NCBI GenBank assembly: GCA_963796105.1
Contig: CAWCKJ010000003.1
Location: 854,341-918,340, forward strand
From: a candidate division FCPU426 bacterium
Lineage (GTDB): Bacteria > Oederibacteriota > Muellerivitia > Muellerivitales > Muellerivitaceae
Reading direction: 5' to 3'
Length of the DNA: 64,000 nt
Both the position numbers and the translations under genes were made by a program. The notes beneath the pieces were generated by a model. That model made no database searches, was not told where the DNA came from, and saw nothing but the letters and a program-made list of their open reading frames with translations. This document shows positions 46,947 to 57,352 of the stretch, piece by piece. The first letter of the stretch is position 1. Each line of letters opens with the position of its first letter.

Positions 46947-49205
46947 ATGCCCAGTATTACCACTATTCTTTTTATCTTATTCGCCGGAATTTTCCTCTAT
47001 AACGGCGTCAACTACCTGATCAACATCAGGGACTACAAGAAGGATTATCTTTTAATCCTATACGGACTCTTGAGCATGGTCGGGTCCGCTTATGCTTTCT
47101 CGAGCATCTTCCTTTATCAATCCACCGACATCGCGTCAAATATTCGGGCCCTGAAATTCCAAACCACGTTCGCGCGAATCATCCTGATGATCCTTCCCTG
47201 GTTCATCGGGTTTTACTCGAATTACGTTCCCAAACGGCTCCTGACCGCCATCTCCATTTCGGCCTTCCTCCTTGCCATTTCAAAGCTGGTCCTGCCTGAC
47301 TCTTTTTTGTTCCCGAACCTGACCGGCATTCATTTCCTGACGACTCCCTGGGGCGAACACATCACGGACACAACCTGCGACCTCTGTCCCTTGACTTACG
47401 TTCTTTACGCTGTCTACCTGGTCTTGCTTGTTTTCGGAGCGAAAGCCACCCTCCGCCTCTTAGAACAGGGCAAAAGAAGCCAAGCCTGGCCCCTCTTATT
47501 TTCCTGCGCCTTCGCGATAGCCGCCTTCGTCAACGACGTTCTTTTGGACGCCGGCGTCATCCGGAGCATGTATTTGGAGGAATACGCGATTTTTATTTTC
47601 ATCCTGGTGATCGGCTCCTGGCTTTCCGCCCAGCGCATGCACGCCGAGGGAAACTACAGGGCTCTTTTCCACTCCGTGAACGACGCAATTTTCGTCCATG
47701 ATGCTTCCACTCGGCAAGTGTTGGACACGAACGAGGCCGCCGCCCGGATGTTCGGCACCACCCGACAGGACCTGGTTTCAGGTGATTTCAAGCGAACCAG
47801 CGCCGAGGTATCCCCCTATACTTTGGACGAATCCTTCGAGCGGTTTCATAAGCTCGTGTTGAAAAAACCTCAGGTTTTCGAGTGGCTGTCACGGCGTCTG
47901 GACGACGGGCGCCTCTTTCAAACCGAGGTGGCCCTGCGCTATGAGATCATTGACGGACGGCCCGTGATCCTATCCACCCTGCGAGATATTTCAGAACGTA
48001 AAAAAGCTGAGGATGAAAAAAGGGCCATTGAGAGCCAGCTTCAGCAGGCCCAAAAGCTGGAAAGCCTGGGCATCCTGGCCGGCAGCGTCGCGCATGATTT
48101 CAACAACCTCTTGACCGTCATCCAGGGCCATGCCGAGCTGTCGGGGAAAGAACTTCCTCAGGACTCAATTTCTCAATCTCATTTGAGCCACATCAACACC
48201 GCCGCCCAGCGGGCAGCATCCCTATGCCAACAGTTATTGGCCTACTCCGGAAAAGGGGAATTCGTGATAGAGCGCGTCGATCTCAAGGATATCGTGGAGG
48301 ATATCGCCCGTATCCTGGAAGTGTCGATCCCCAAGAAGATCAAATTGAACCTTCGATTCGAGCCCAACCTCCCGCAGATCCTGGCTGACGCGACCCAAAT
48401 CCGGCAGGTGGTCATGAACCTCCTCACGAACGCCGCGGAATCAATAGGGGACAAGGAGGGCATCATCACTCTTTCCGCGTCCATGCGTCCCATGGACCGG
48501 GAGGGATTCAAAGGCTTCGTGTCGGACCCGGGCCTGCCCGAGGGCCTTTATGTATCCCTCAAGGTGGCCGACACGGGCTGCGGCATGGATGACCAGACCA
48601 TCGCCAGGATATTTGAACCTTTTTTCACCACCAAGTTCACTGGCAGGGGCCTGGGGATGGCCGTGGTATTGGGAATAGTAAGGGGGCACAAGGGAGCCAT
48701 CGGAATCAACAGCGAGTTGAAAAAAGGCACCAGCGTGACGGTCTTGTTTCCAGGCGCCCTAGAGGGAATCAAGGTCCTTATTCCGGCGCCTGAAATCCCG
48801 CAGGCTCCCCTTGCCTCCCGGTCAACCATTCTCCTGGTGGATGACGATAAACCGGTTCTCAAGACCGTTGAAAAGCTGGTGGAATTGCTCGGACACCGCA
48901 CCTTGACCGCTGACAGCGGAAGGCTGGCCTTGGAGGTGTTTAAAAAACAGCACAGGGATATCTCCTGTGTCCTGATCGACCTGACCATGCCGGACATGGA
49001 CGGCTCCGAGACTCTAAGTGAGATGCTAAAAATCGACCCCCAGGTCCGGGTGATCCTCACCAGCGGTTACAGCGAGCAGGAAGTGCGCGAAAGGTTCAAG
49101 GAACAGGGAGCGAACATCTTCCTGAGAAAACCTTACATGCTGGAGGAATTAAAAACCTCCATTGAGACGGCTTTAAGCGGTTCTGACACTGGCAATAAAC
49201 GATGA
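46947..49205 (+). CDS. Hybrid sensor histidine kinase (multi-TM, PAS, HisKA, HATPase, receiver)
   Basis: AHDFNNLL, NLLTNAAE, DTGCGM, FFTTK, GRGLG, ILLVDDD...IDLTMP. Confidence 0.95.
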   Translation: MPSITTILFILFAGIFLYNGVNYLINIRDYKKDYLLILYGLLSMVGSAYAFSSIFLYQSTDIASNIRALKFQTTFARIILMILPWFIGFYSNYVPKRLLTAISISAFLLAISKLVLPDSFLFPNLTGIHFLTTPWGEHITDTTCDLCPLTYVLYAVYLVLLVFGAKATLRLLEQGKRSQAWPLLFSCAFAIAAFVNDVLLDAGVIRSMYLEEYAIFIFILVIGSWLSAQRMHAEGNYRALFHSVNDAIFVHDASTRQVLDTNEAAARMFGTTRQDLVSGDFKRTSAEVSPYTLDESFERFHKLVLKKPQVFEWLSRRLDDGRLFQTEVALRYEIIDGRPVILSTLRDISERKKAEDEKRAIESQLQQAQKLESLGILAGSVAHDFNNLLTVIQGHAELSGKELPQDSISQSHLSHINTAAQRAASLCQQLLAYSGKGEFVIERVDLKDIVEDIARILEVSIPKKIKLNLRFEPNLPQILADATQIRQVVMNLLTNAAESIGDKEGIITLSASMRPMDREGFKGFVSDPGLPEGLYVSLKVADTGCGMDDQTIARIFEPFFTTKFTGRGLGMAVVLGIVRGHKGAIGINSELKKGTSVTVLFPGALEGIKVLIPAPEIPQAPLASRSTILLVDDDKPVLKTVEKLVELLGHRTLTADSGRLALEVFKKQHRDISCVLIDLTMPDMDGSETLSEMLKIDPQVRVILTSGYSEQEVRERFKEQGANIFLRKPYMLEELKTSIETALSGSDTGNKR

Positions 49206-49340
49206 AAATCCCCGGTAACCGCAGAGGCCCCGGCAACAGTTTCGCTTTTCTCTCGCTATTGGGTCGCTTCACCCCGTATAGGCTTTTCATCTTTTTTATT
49301 GAATTGACGGTGTTAAAGCTGTTGTTTTAAGATACCCCCC

Positions 49341-50336
49341 ATGAAGAAAGCCCTTTTAATCTCCTTGGCTATCGCTTTGATTCAAGCCTTTTACGCGGTA
49401 AATGCCTCCGCCCAAGTTACCCAAGCCGACCTCATTCAGGCATACAACTACGCCTACACCCTCTTTAAAGCCGAGCATTTCCAGGAGGCCAAGGACATAT
49501 ATAAGAAGGTTGCCTCCATATCCTCGGATAACGACCTTTGCGCGAACGCCCTTTATTATTACTCCCAATGCTCCTTTCGCACCGAGGACTATGATGAATG
49601 CGTCAAGTCCCTCAGCATCATGGCCGTCAAGTTCCCCCAATGCGCGCCTATCTCCAAGGGTTATGTGGCCCGCTTCTGCGTGTTCCTGATCGGCCAGGTG
49701 GCCCAGCTTCAGACCCACTGGGATTATTTCCGGTACGCCGAGGGCACGGACGAGAAAAACCAGATCGTTTGGAAGGAAAGCATTCCCCCCGGCTTCAAGA
49801 TCAAGCGCATCAACTTCAAGCTGGGATTCGGCCTTTACGGAATCATGAACCGGATCATGCCGAGCTCCCCCTACACCATCAACTGCAAGAAGGAACTGGA
49901 CAACATGCTCGACAGCACCATCACCATGGTCTGGGTGGATGAGAAGGCCGCGGTTGACAAGTGGGGCCACCCGAACGATTTCTTCTCCGTTTTCAGCACC
50001 AAGGAAATGAAAGCCTTTTCCAAGGTCATATGCGACCGGATGTTTTTCAACTGGACAACTGACAAGTTCTACCTGTTTTTAAACATGTATGACGATATCC
50101 GGAACGCGAAACCCCGTTTCATCGCCAAAACCAAGCAGATGCTGGGCAATACCTACGCGGGAAACACGGCTGGCGCTCCCAACAGCTCCACCCAGAAGAA
50201 CATGACGCCCGCGGCCCAACAGGATCCGACAGCCGTTCTCACCTTGAGGAAACTCCTGCAGGTGGCCGGCTACAATCCCTGGAATGACACCTATTCCAGC
50301 GTGATCGAATCCTCTCCTTCCGATCTTTCCCTGTAA
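49341..50336 (+). CDS. Secreted TPR-containing protein
   Basis: Signal peptide ASA-Q; N-terminal TPR pairs. Confidence 0.75.
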   Translation: MKKALLISLAIALIQAFYAVNASAQVTQADLIQAYNYAYTLFKAEHFQEAKDIYKKVASISSDNDLCANALYYYSQCSFRTEDYDECVKSLSIMAVKFPQCAPISKGYVARFCVFLIGQVAQLQTHWDYFRYAEGTDEKNQIVWKESIPPGFKIKRINFKLGFGLYGIMNRIMPSSPYTINCKKELDNMLDSTITMVWVDEKAAVDKWGHPNDFFSVFSTKEMKAFSKVICDRMFFNWTTDKFYLFLNMYDDIRNAKPRFIAKTKQMLGNTYAGNTAGAPNSSTQKNMTPAAQQDPTAVLTLRKLLQVAGYNPWNDTYSSVIESSPSDLSL

Positions 50337-50337
50337 G

Positions 50338-50730
50338 ATGCGAAGCCTCCCCGCAGTCTTATTTCTCGGTGGTTTTCTTTTCGCCTTCTCCCCGGTTCTG
50401 GCCAAAGACACGGCTGTTACCGGGGCTAAGGATTCGGCGTCCCTCACTCCCGATGCCGCTGATACGGCAGAACCGACCGTTACTCCCGTCCCTAAACGCG
50501 TCTTAAAAAAAGCTCCAAACCTCAAGCAGGTTATCGAGATCCACAAACCCATGCCGGACCCATCCTGGGGAAAGGTTCTCCAATACCACATGGAAACAGC
50601 TCCGGACGCCAAGGGAACATTGCACAAGTTTCTTTTCCAAAGCGAGGACGGGATCCTCCGTTCCGCGATTTACCATGACGAAACCTCGGGGGATGGATAT
50701 TGGGAAGTCTTAGTATGGGACCTTCCTTAG
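50338..50730 (+). CDS. Hypothetical secreted protein
   Basis: Signal peptide VLA-KD; tightly coupled to both neighbours. Confidence 0.65.
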   Translation: MRSLPAVLFLGGFLFAFSPVLAKDTAVTGAKDSASLTPDAADTAEPTVTPVPKRVLKKAPNLKQVIEIHKPMPDPSWGKVLQYHMETAPDAKGTLHKFLFQSEDGILRSAIYHDETSGDGYWEVLVWDLP

Positions 50731-52751
50731 GGAATCAACCTAAAACCACCTGTTTCACGGGTTCCAAGGGGGGCGTTGGAACTTCGCTGGCCGTCGCCCT
50801 GCTCGCCCGCGTGGCCGCCGGAAAATTCTCCAAAAAAATCGCCCTGGTCGACGCCATCCCCGCGCGGTTTTCCTATCTTCCCCGCTACCTTTCCCTATCA
50901 GCGTCCAGCCACCACTTGGCCCAGCTCCTGCCCTATTCCGGCCACTTGAGCCCCAAGATGGTGGAAACTTTTTTCTCCGCCTCTCCCGAGGGTGTGGCGT
51001 ACGCACCCTTGTGGGATTCCGACAGCGGCAACGCCCCCCTTCAGGAGCTTTTCCCGCTCCTGGACCAGCTTTCAGCCTTTTTTGACCGCCTCTTTCTGGA
51101 CCTTTCTTCCTTTCCAAACGACAGGATCTTTCAACTGGCGGAAAGGTATCCGGATATCGTGATGATCGCCTCCATGGATCCCGTCTCCCTGGCCTGCCTG
51201 GGCCTTTGGGAAAAAAGGTTCCTGGCCCAGCATATGGACGGGTCTAGGGTTTCCGTCATTTACAACCAAAGCGGGCCTTCCCAAACCCTTCCCAAGGACG
51301 CCTCTTCCTGGATAAGTCATTTGAAAGTCTTGAGTTCCCTGCCTTACCTGGGGGAGGGATTATCCATCAATCTGATGGAATCCAGCGCCCTGAATCCCTC
51401 GGTGGAAAAAAATCTTCATCCCCTTTGCGATACATTATTTCGAACTGAAAAGGGGTCTATTCCAGAAACGACATCTGCCAGGGAAAATCAATTTGAGGAG
51501 GCTCCGCCCTACAGCCTGGAAGACGTCCATCAACTGCATCAAAAACTATTGGAGTGTTTAAGGGCCAAGGGGTTCTTGAAGGAGCAAAACAAGGGGGATT
51601 CCATGGAACGCCGGTCCCTGGAACCCAAGGCCCTGGAAATTCTCGACCAGCTGATCCATGAAATGAAACTTCCCGGCAGGGAAACCCGCCAAAGACTTTC
51701 CCGTGAAACGATGGATTTGGCTTTCGGGCTGGGACCCCTGGAGCCTCTTCTGGAGGATCACTCTGTCACCGAGATCATGGTCAACGGGCCTTCCTTGGTA
51801 TACGTGGAGAAAAAGGGCCTGCTGGAGAAATCCTCCGCCAGGTTCCTGGGCGACCAGCAGCTTCGAACCGTCATCGAGAGGATTTTGGCGCCCATCGGCA
51901 GGCGCATCGACGAGAGCCAGCCTTACGTGGACGGGCGCTTGTTGGACGGCTCCCGCGTCAACGCGGTGATCCCCCCCTTGAGCCTGAACGGCCCGGTGTT
52001 GACCATCCGTAAATTCTCGAAGAAGAAACTCAACGTGGAGGATCTCATAGGATTCGGCTCCCTCACCAAGGAAGCCGCTGATTTCTTGGGCGCCTGCGTG
52101 AGGGCCCGCAAGAACATCGTGGTTTCAGGCGGGACCGGGTCGGGCAAGACCACCCTCTTGAACGTTCTCTCGGGCTTCATCCCTCCCGGTGAGCGCATCG
52201 TCACCATCGAGGATTCCGCCGAACTCCAGCTCTTCCAGGAGCACGTGGTGCGCCTGGAAGCACGTCCCGCCAACCTGGAGGGCAAGGGCCAGGTGGCCAT
52301 CCGCGACCTGGTCATCAACGCCCTTCGCATGAGGCCCGACCGAATCGTGGTGGGGGAGGTGCGCGGAGGCGAGGCCCTGGACATGCTCCAAGCCATGAAT
52401 ACCGGCCATGACGGGTCCCTCACCACCGCCCACGCCAACACCCCCCGGGACGTGCTTTCCCGGTTGGAAACCATGGCTCTTTTCACGGGCCTGGAGCTGC
52501 CCCTCAAGGCCATCCGGGAACAGATCGCCAGGGCCATCCACCTGGTGGTCCAGCAAAGCAGGCTTCCCAACGGCAGGAGGTCGGTCACGCAGATTTCGGA
52601 GGTTCAAGGCATGGAGGGGGACGTGATTACCATTTTGGACCTGTTCGTATATGCGGAAGGCCAGGGCCTCGAGAGGAAACCCTTTCCGCCGTCATTTATC
52701 GCCGACCTGAAAGCCGCCGGCTATCAATGGCCCTCGAAGGGGAACCTATAG
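50700..52751 (+). CDS. cpaF: CpaE/TadZ-like domain fused to TadA/CpaF pilus ATPase
   Basis: N-terminal GSKGGVGTS deviant Walker A; C-terminal GLGPLEPLL, EIMVNGP, GGTGSGKTT, LRMRPDRIVVGEVRG, MNTGHDGS; alternative ATG start 50715. Confidence 0.9.
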   Translation: MGSLSMGPSLGNQPKTTCFTGSKGGVGTSLAVALLARVAAGKFSKKIALVDAIPARFSYLPRYLSLSASSHHLAQLLPYSGHLSPKMVETFFSASPEGVAYAPLWDSDSGNAPLQELFPLLDQLSAFFDRLFLDLSSFPNDRIFQLAERYPDIVMIASMDPVSLACLGLWEKRFLAQHMDGSRVSVIYNQSGPSQTLPKDASSWISHLKVLSSLPYLGEGLSINLMESSALNPSVEKNLHPLCDTLFRTEKGSIPETTSARENQFEEAPPYSLEDVHQLHQKLLECLRAKGFLKEQNKGDSMERRSLEPKALEILDQLIHEMKLPGRETRQRLSRETMDLAFGLGPLEPLLEDHSVTEIMVNGPSLVYVEKKGLLEKSSARFLGDQQLRTVIERILAPIGRRIDESQPYVDGRLLDGSRVNAVIPPLSLNGPVLTIRKFSKKKLNVEDLIGFGSLTKEAADFLGACVRARKNIVVSGGTGSGKTTLLNVLSGFIPPGERIVTIEDSAELQLFQEHVVRLEARPANLEGKGQVAIRDLVINALRMRPDRIVVGEVRGGEALDMLQAMNTGHDGSLTTAHANTPRDVLSRLETMALFTGLELPLKAIREQIARAIHLVVQQSRLPNGRRSVTQISEVQGMEGDVITILDLFVYAEGQGLERKPFPPSFIADLKAAGYQWPSKGNL

Positions 52752-52771
52752 GGACAATTTTGAATTCCGAG

Positions 52772-52947
52772 TCTCAACTTTGGCAAATCTTGAAAGACGA
52801 GTTGTGAACGTCAAATCCCCCCTTTGAAAAAGGGGGATAGGGGGTATTAGTCGTTGTCAGAACGGTACGGAAAGTCTAACTTCCCCTTATTCCCCCTCTT
52901 TCAGAGGGGGAGACATAGTGTGTTCCACAAATTTGCCAAAGTTGAGA
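52772..52947. mobile_element. MITE-like element with 17-bp perfect terminal inverted repeats, containing a palindromic repeat
   Basis: TCTCAACTTTGGCAAAT (52772-52788) / ATTTGCCAAAGTTGAGA (52931-52947); internal CCCCCTTTGAAAAAGGGGG. Confidence 0.65.
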
Positions 52948-53014
52948 TTTAACATTTAAAATTCGGAATTTTGTTTTCGGAAGGTGCGAAAAAACAAAAA
53001 TCTTTTAAGGCAGG

Positions 53015-53509
53015 CTATTTCTTTTTCTTTTGTTCCTTGAGGGCCTTATCCTTCTCGAAAGTCGTCGGGGGGGCCGGCTGGTAAGAGGTATCCCCCACGG
53101 GGGTGATGGTGGCGATCTCGGCCTTGTATTTCTCGTAATCGTTCGGTTGTTGGTTGCGTTCCGTCATGGTTCGAAGATCCGCGTCCAAAGGCCCTTCTGG
53201 CGGGACGAAATCACCCAAATAAGCCCGGCAGATCCATTCCTTCTCCGCCGCCTGGTCCACGTAATGGGTATGGGGCAAATAATAGAATTCCTGGACTTCC
53301 TGGTAATCCCACATGGCTTCCTTGTACTTCTGCTGTTTGAAGTGCTCCTCGCCCCTGAGATAAGAAGCCCTGGCCCTTCGGATCACTTCCAGGTTGGCCA
53401 TCCCGTAGGCGATCAAGAGGGTGACGACGACGACCAGGGTGGTTTTTACCCCCTGCTTGGTGACAAAAGGTTTGTTTATATTAATGACTTCATTTTCCGT
53501 TTCGCTCAC
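53015..53509 (-). CDS. Hypothetical single-TM protein with a TPR-like helix pair
   Basis: GGAGG RBS, GTG start; directly after pheS. Confidence 0.7.
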   Translation of the reverse strand: MSETENEVININKPFVTKQGVKTTLVVVVTLLIAYGMANLEVIRRARASYLRGEEHFKQQKYKEAMWDYQEVQEFYYLPHTHYVDQAAEKEWICRAYLGDFVPPEGPLDADLRTMTERNQQPNDYEKYKAEIATITPVGDTSYQPAPPTTFEKDKALKEQKKKK

Positions 53510-53521
53510 AACCGCCTCCGC

Positions 53522-54535
53522 TTAAAACTGGTTTAGAAACCTCAAATCGTTCTGGTAAAAGAGCCGGATATCGTCAATATCATACTTAAAGAGGGCGATA
53601 CGCTCCACCCCCATTCCAAAGGCGAATCCAGTCCATTTTTCAGGGTCAATCCCGCAATTCCGGAACACTGCAGGGTCGATCATTCCGCATCCCAGCATTT
53701 CCACCCATCCCGATTGCTTGCAAATGCGGCATCCCTTGCCCTCGCAAAAAAGGCAGGAAATATCCATTTCCGCGCTTGGCTCGGTGAAAGGGAAAAAACT
53801 GGGCCTGAACCTGGTTTGAACCTTGGAACCGAAAAATTTCTTGATAAAAACGTCCAGCGTCCCCTTTAAATGGCCGAAATGGACCCCCTCGTCCACCAAA
53901 AAACCCTCCACCTGGTGGAAGATATGATGGTGGGTGGCGTCAATGGCCTCGTTACGGTATACCCGCCCTGGGGCGATGAACTTGAACGGCGGCTTGCCCT
54001 TTTCCATCACCCGGACCTGGATAGGCGAGGTGTGGGTTCTCAGGAGGACATCCTCGGCGATGTAAAAGGTGTCCTGGGCGTCCCTGGCAGGATGGTCGGC
54101 TGGAAAATTCAGGGCCAGGAAATTGTAATAATCGTTCTCCACGTCCGGGCCCTCGGCGACATCGAAACCTATTTCCTTGAAGATGGTCGTGATCTCGTCC
54201 AAAACCTTGGTCAAGGGATGGGCTTTTCCAATTGGAAAACTGCGTCCGGGCAGTGTCGGATCGAACTCGGGATTGGCTTTTTGCTGGGAATGAAGCTCCA
54301 GGTCCGACTTCTTGCCTTCCAGCAGTGCCGTGATCTTGTTTTTGGCCTCGTTGCAGGCCTTGCCGGCCTGGGGCCGGTCCTCCGCGGGGATATGGCCCAA
54401 ACCTTTCAGGATTTCGGTGACTAACCCGGTCTTTCCTAGGAATTTGACCCGGAGGTCCTCGATGCTTTTCAAATCCGATGCTTGAAGAACGGCCTGTTCG
54501 GCGTCTTGGATTAATTTAGTTAAGCGTTCTTGCAT
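53522..54535 (-). CDS. pheS: Phenylalanine--tRNA ligase alpha subunit
   Basis: HPARDAQDTFY, LLRTHTSP, FHQVEG, FPFTEPS, GFAFGMGVER. Confidence 0.98.
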   Translation of the reverse strand: MQERLTKLIQDAEQAVLQASDLKSIEDLRVKFLGKTGLVTEILKGLGHIPAEDRPQAGKACNEAKNKITALLEGKKSDLELHSQQKANPEFDPTLPGRSFPIGKAHPLTKVLDEITTIFKEIGFDVAEGPDVENDYYNFLALNFPADHPARDAQDTFYIAEDVLLRTHTSPIQVRVMEKGKPPFKFIAPGRVYRNEAIDATHHHIFHQVEGFLVDEGVHFGHLKGTLDVFIKKFFGSKVQTRFRPSFFPFTEPSAEMDISCLFCEGKGCRICKQSGWVEMLGCGMIDPAVFRNCGIDPEKWTGFAFGMGVERIALFKYDIDDIRLFYQNDLRFLNQF

Positions 54536-54816
54536 TCGAATTCCTGGGCCAAAAAAGAATTAAGCTTAAAGGAGGCCCATATTATTTATTTTTCAGGGGA
54601 AAATTGCATCAAGAAAAGGAAAAACTAACGTTCCTTCGGGGAGTGGCTATGGGATGAGCCCGTTTCTTTTTTATTCCTCAGGTACAAAAGATAGTCCTCG
54701 ACAGAGCCTGTTTCCTCGAATTTATGCCAGGATACTTCCTTGCGTTTGCTTTCCTGCGGGGCTTGGGTTGGTTGTGGGAATTCTTCGTTCATTTTTTCCA
54801 ACTTTTTGTTCAGTTT

Positions 54817-55647
54817 TCAAAGTTTATCACCCGTACCTTGGGGAGTCAAGAAACCGGCCCTAAATTGTGCGTAAAAAAGGGCCAAACTGGCCGCCACTCC
54901 CGCGTTCAAGGACTCCGCTTTTCCGGTCATGGGAATTTTCGCCCTCTCCCAGGCCCTGTTCTCCAAAACCTCCGGCAAGCCGAAGCCCTCGGATCCGATC
55001 CAAAAAACAGCCGGCTTCGAGAGATCCAGCTCAAAAATCGTTTTTTGCGCCTTGCCTGTCAAGGCGATGGACCTGATCCCCTTCTCCTCCAACCAGGCCA
55101 TTTGGTCTTCCCAGGATTTTCCTTCCATGAAAGGCATCCTGAAAAGGGACCCCATGGAGGCCCGCACCACCTTGGGGTTGAAAGGGTCGCAAGTTCCCTC
55201 CGTCAGGAGGATTCCCCCCGCCCCGAAAGCCTCCGCCGAACGGAACAGGGTTCCCAGGTTACCCGCGTCCTGGAGCTGGTAGGCCGCGAGCGTGATCGCC
55301 GGAGGCGAGGCCGGCCATTCGAGCCGTGGTTTTTGGACCACGGCCAGGATGCCCTGGGGGGTCACCGTGTCCGCGAGGTAGGAGACGATTTTGGAGTTGA
55401 TCTCGAAGCATTTGATTTTGCCTCGATGGGCCGCCTCAAGGATTTGGGAGCCTTCGGCCGAAGCGTAGGCCTGCACGGTCGCGAAAAGATACCGGATGTT
55501 CAATCCCGATTCCATCGCTTCCCGGACAAGGTGGAACCCTTCGCAGAGAAAATCCTCCGCTTCCTTGATTTTTTTCGGGATTTTGAGTGAATAAGCGTGC
55601 TTCACCATGGAATTGGAGACGCTTTGAACGACGGGAATTTCCCTCAT
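54817..55647 (-). CDS. TrmH/SpoU family RNA methyltransferase
   Basis: QDAGNLGTLFRSA, GSEGFGL, IPMTGKAESLNAG. Confidence 0.92.
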   Translation of the reverse strand: MREIPVVQSVSNSMVKHAYSLKIPKKIKEAEDFLCEGFHLVREAMESGLNIRYLFATVQAYASAEGSQILEAAHRGKIKCFEINSKIVSYLADTVTPQGILAVVQKPRLEWPASPPAITLAAYQLQDAGNLGTLFRSAEAFGAGGILLTEGTCDPFNPKVVRASMGSLFRMPFMEGKSWEDQMAWLEEKGIRSIALTGKAQKTIFELDLSKPAVFWIGSEGFGLPEVLENRAWERAKIPMTGKAESLNAGVAASLALFYAQFRAGFLTPQGTGDKL

Positions 55648-55671
55648 AGGGAAGGCCTTCCGTTAGGGGTT

Positions 55672-55708
55672 AAAAAAAAGCATCCCTCCCCCATCAGGGG
55701 AGGGATGC
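55672..55708 (-). terminator. Rho-independent terminator after rplT
   Basis: GCATCCCTCCCC/GGGGAGGGATGC hairpin plus T run. Confidence 0.85.
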
Positions 55709-55725
55709 GGGTCGTTCCAACAAAA

Positions 55726-56085
55726 TCAGGAGGCTTTCGCGCCTTTCGCCATTTCAACCAATTGCGCGAAGGCTTTTGGGTCCGTGACGGCCAAGTCCGC
55801 CATCATTTTCCGGTCCAATTCCACCGAGGCTTTTTTCAACCCATCCATCAACTGGCTGTAGGACATCCCGTGGATGCGGGCCGCGGCGTTGATGCGGGTG
55901 ATCCAGAGCCGGCGGAACTCGCGCTTACGGGCCTTGCGGTCCCGGAAAGCGTAGTTTCCGGAGCGCTTGGAGGCCTCGCGGACGGTCCTGTATTGGCGGC
56001 TTTTCGCGCCCCAATAGCCCTTGGTGAGCTTGAAAAATTTCTTTTTGCGTTTTCTTTTCGCGACTGCCCTTTTGATTCTTGCCAT
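55726..56085 (-). CDS. rplT: 50S ribosomal protein L20
   Basis: MARIKR...KGYWG...[16 protein letters not shown]. Confidence 0.98.
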   Translation of the reverse strand: MARIKRAVAKRKRKKKFFKLTKGYWGAKSRQYRTVREASKRSGNYAFRDRKARKREFRRLWITRINAAARIHGMSYSQLMDGLKKASVELDRKMMADLAVTDPKAFAQLVEMAKGAKAS

Positions 56086-56175
56086 TTTATCACTCCACTT
56101 GGTTTTTTCAGCACTCTGTTAGAAACTCTCACAAAACCGGAATTCCGTTGAACGCGCCCATTCCAGTTCGAGGGC

Positions 56176-56376
56176 TTAAATCCCGATCATCTTCTTGATT
56201 CGGCGCGTATGGGTCGCCCCCAGCATGTTCTGGTGTTTCAAATGCCTCTTCCGCTTGGAGGACTTGTGGGCCAGGAGATGGCTCCGGTTGTTTTGCCTCT
56301 TGATCTTCAGCTTGCCGGTTCCGGTGATTTTGAACCTCTTCAAGATGCTCTTTTTCGTCTTGAAACCCTTACCCAT
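56176..56376 (-). CDS. rpmI: 50S ribosomal protein L35
   Basis: [17 protein letters not shown]...[12 protein letters not shown]; lies between infC and rplT. Confidence 0.95.
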   Translation of the reverse strand: MGKGFKTKKSILKRFKITGTGKLKIKRQNNRSHLLAHKSSKRKRHLKHQNMLGATHTRRIKKMIGI

Positions 56377-57010
56377 TTTCCCCGTCCTTTTTCTCGATTT
56401 CTTTGTTTTCAGCTTCCTTGTCCCCGGTTTGCTTGTCCGCAGTTTCCTTTTTCTCAACGGTCTTTTTTCCAACAGCCTCTTTCGGGGCCGGCTTGGCGGG
56501 CCTGGGATTGAACACGGCCACGATCTGCATTCCCTCGTCCTTGGGGGGCGAGTCAACCTCCGCCATGTCGTCCAGGTCAATCACCACCCGCTCCATGAGC
56601 TGTTTCCCCAGTTCCTTGTGGCTGAGCTCCCGTCCGCGGAACATCAGGGTCACTTTGACCTTGTCCCCGTGCTCGAAAAAGTTCCAGGCCATCCTCAGCT
56701 TCGTCTGGTAGTCATGCTCGTCGATCTTGGGGCGGATCTTGATCTCCTTGACCTTCACCACCTTTTGTTTCTTTTGGGCTTCCTTTTCCCTCTTTCTCTG
56801 GGCGTACTTGAACTTGCCGTAATTCAGGATGCGGCAGACAGGAGGCACGCCTTCCGGTGCGACTTCCACCAGGTCCAGGTTTCTCTCCCGGGCGGCGGCC
56901 AGGGCCTTGGCCAGTTCCACGATCCCGAGTTGTTCTCCCGCGTCTCCGACCAACCGCACCTGCCTGGCGCGGATTTGCTGGTTGATCCTCAATTCCTTTG
57001 ATGAAGAAAT
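56369..57010 (-). CDS. infC: Translation initiation factor IF-3 (ATT start, charged C-terminal extension)
   Basis: [44 protein letters not shown] then ATT at 57010. Confidence 0.96.
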   Translation of the reverse strand: MSSSKELRINQQIRARQVRLVGDAGEQLGIVELAKALAAARERNLDLVEVAPEGVPPVCRILNYGKFKYAQRKREKEAQKKQKVVKVKEIKIRPKIDEHDYQTKLRMAWNFFEHGDKVKVTLMFRGRELSHKELGKQLMERVVIDLDDMAEVDSPPKDEGMQIVAVFNPRPAKPAPKEAVGKKTVEKKETADKQTGDKEAENKEIEKKDGENG

Positions 57011-57226
57011 GTTGAAGTACCTCCTGGTTTTTTGGATGAAGCCCCACGGGCAAGCCCGTGGTACCTGCTGATCCCCCTCCGCCAAGGCTTCGGGGGTTTA
57101 TCCACCACTCTACTTGCGGAATCCGCCGAAACAAGATAGCCCGCATTTTCACCCTCCATAGCAATTCCTGTCACTGTGGAGGACGGGCAACCCCGGCCAC
57201 AGCCGGGGTTCTCAGCGAAGGTGGAT

Positions 57227-57346
57227 AAAAAAAAACGGACCCAAGATGGGGCCCGTCGAGAGAAAAAAGCGATCCCGTGAAAAAGCGGATTTTCTTTCAA
57301 ACCCGTTCGCCGGAGGCTTAGGGTGAGGGACGGAGCCCTGCTTGAG
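57227..57346 (-). promoter_or_regulatory. Putative L20-leader-type attenuator upstream of infC-rpmI-rplT
   Basis: 5' GGGCTCCGTC can pair with GACGGGCCC, which is also the 5' arm of a terminator hairpin followed by T9. Confidence 0.6.
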
Positions 57347-57352
57347 GTAGGA

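Noticed and set aside
56369..57085. ORF-track starts for infC (57085), rpmI (56580) and the second SpoVG-like gene (62561)
   Set aside because: RBS positions and family lengths support starts at 57010 (ATT), 56376 and 62300
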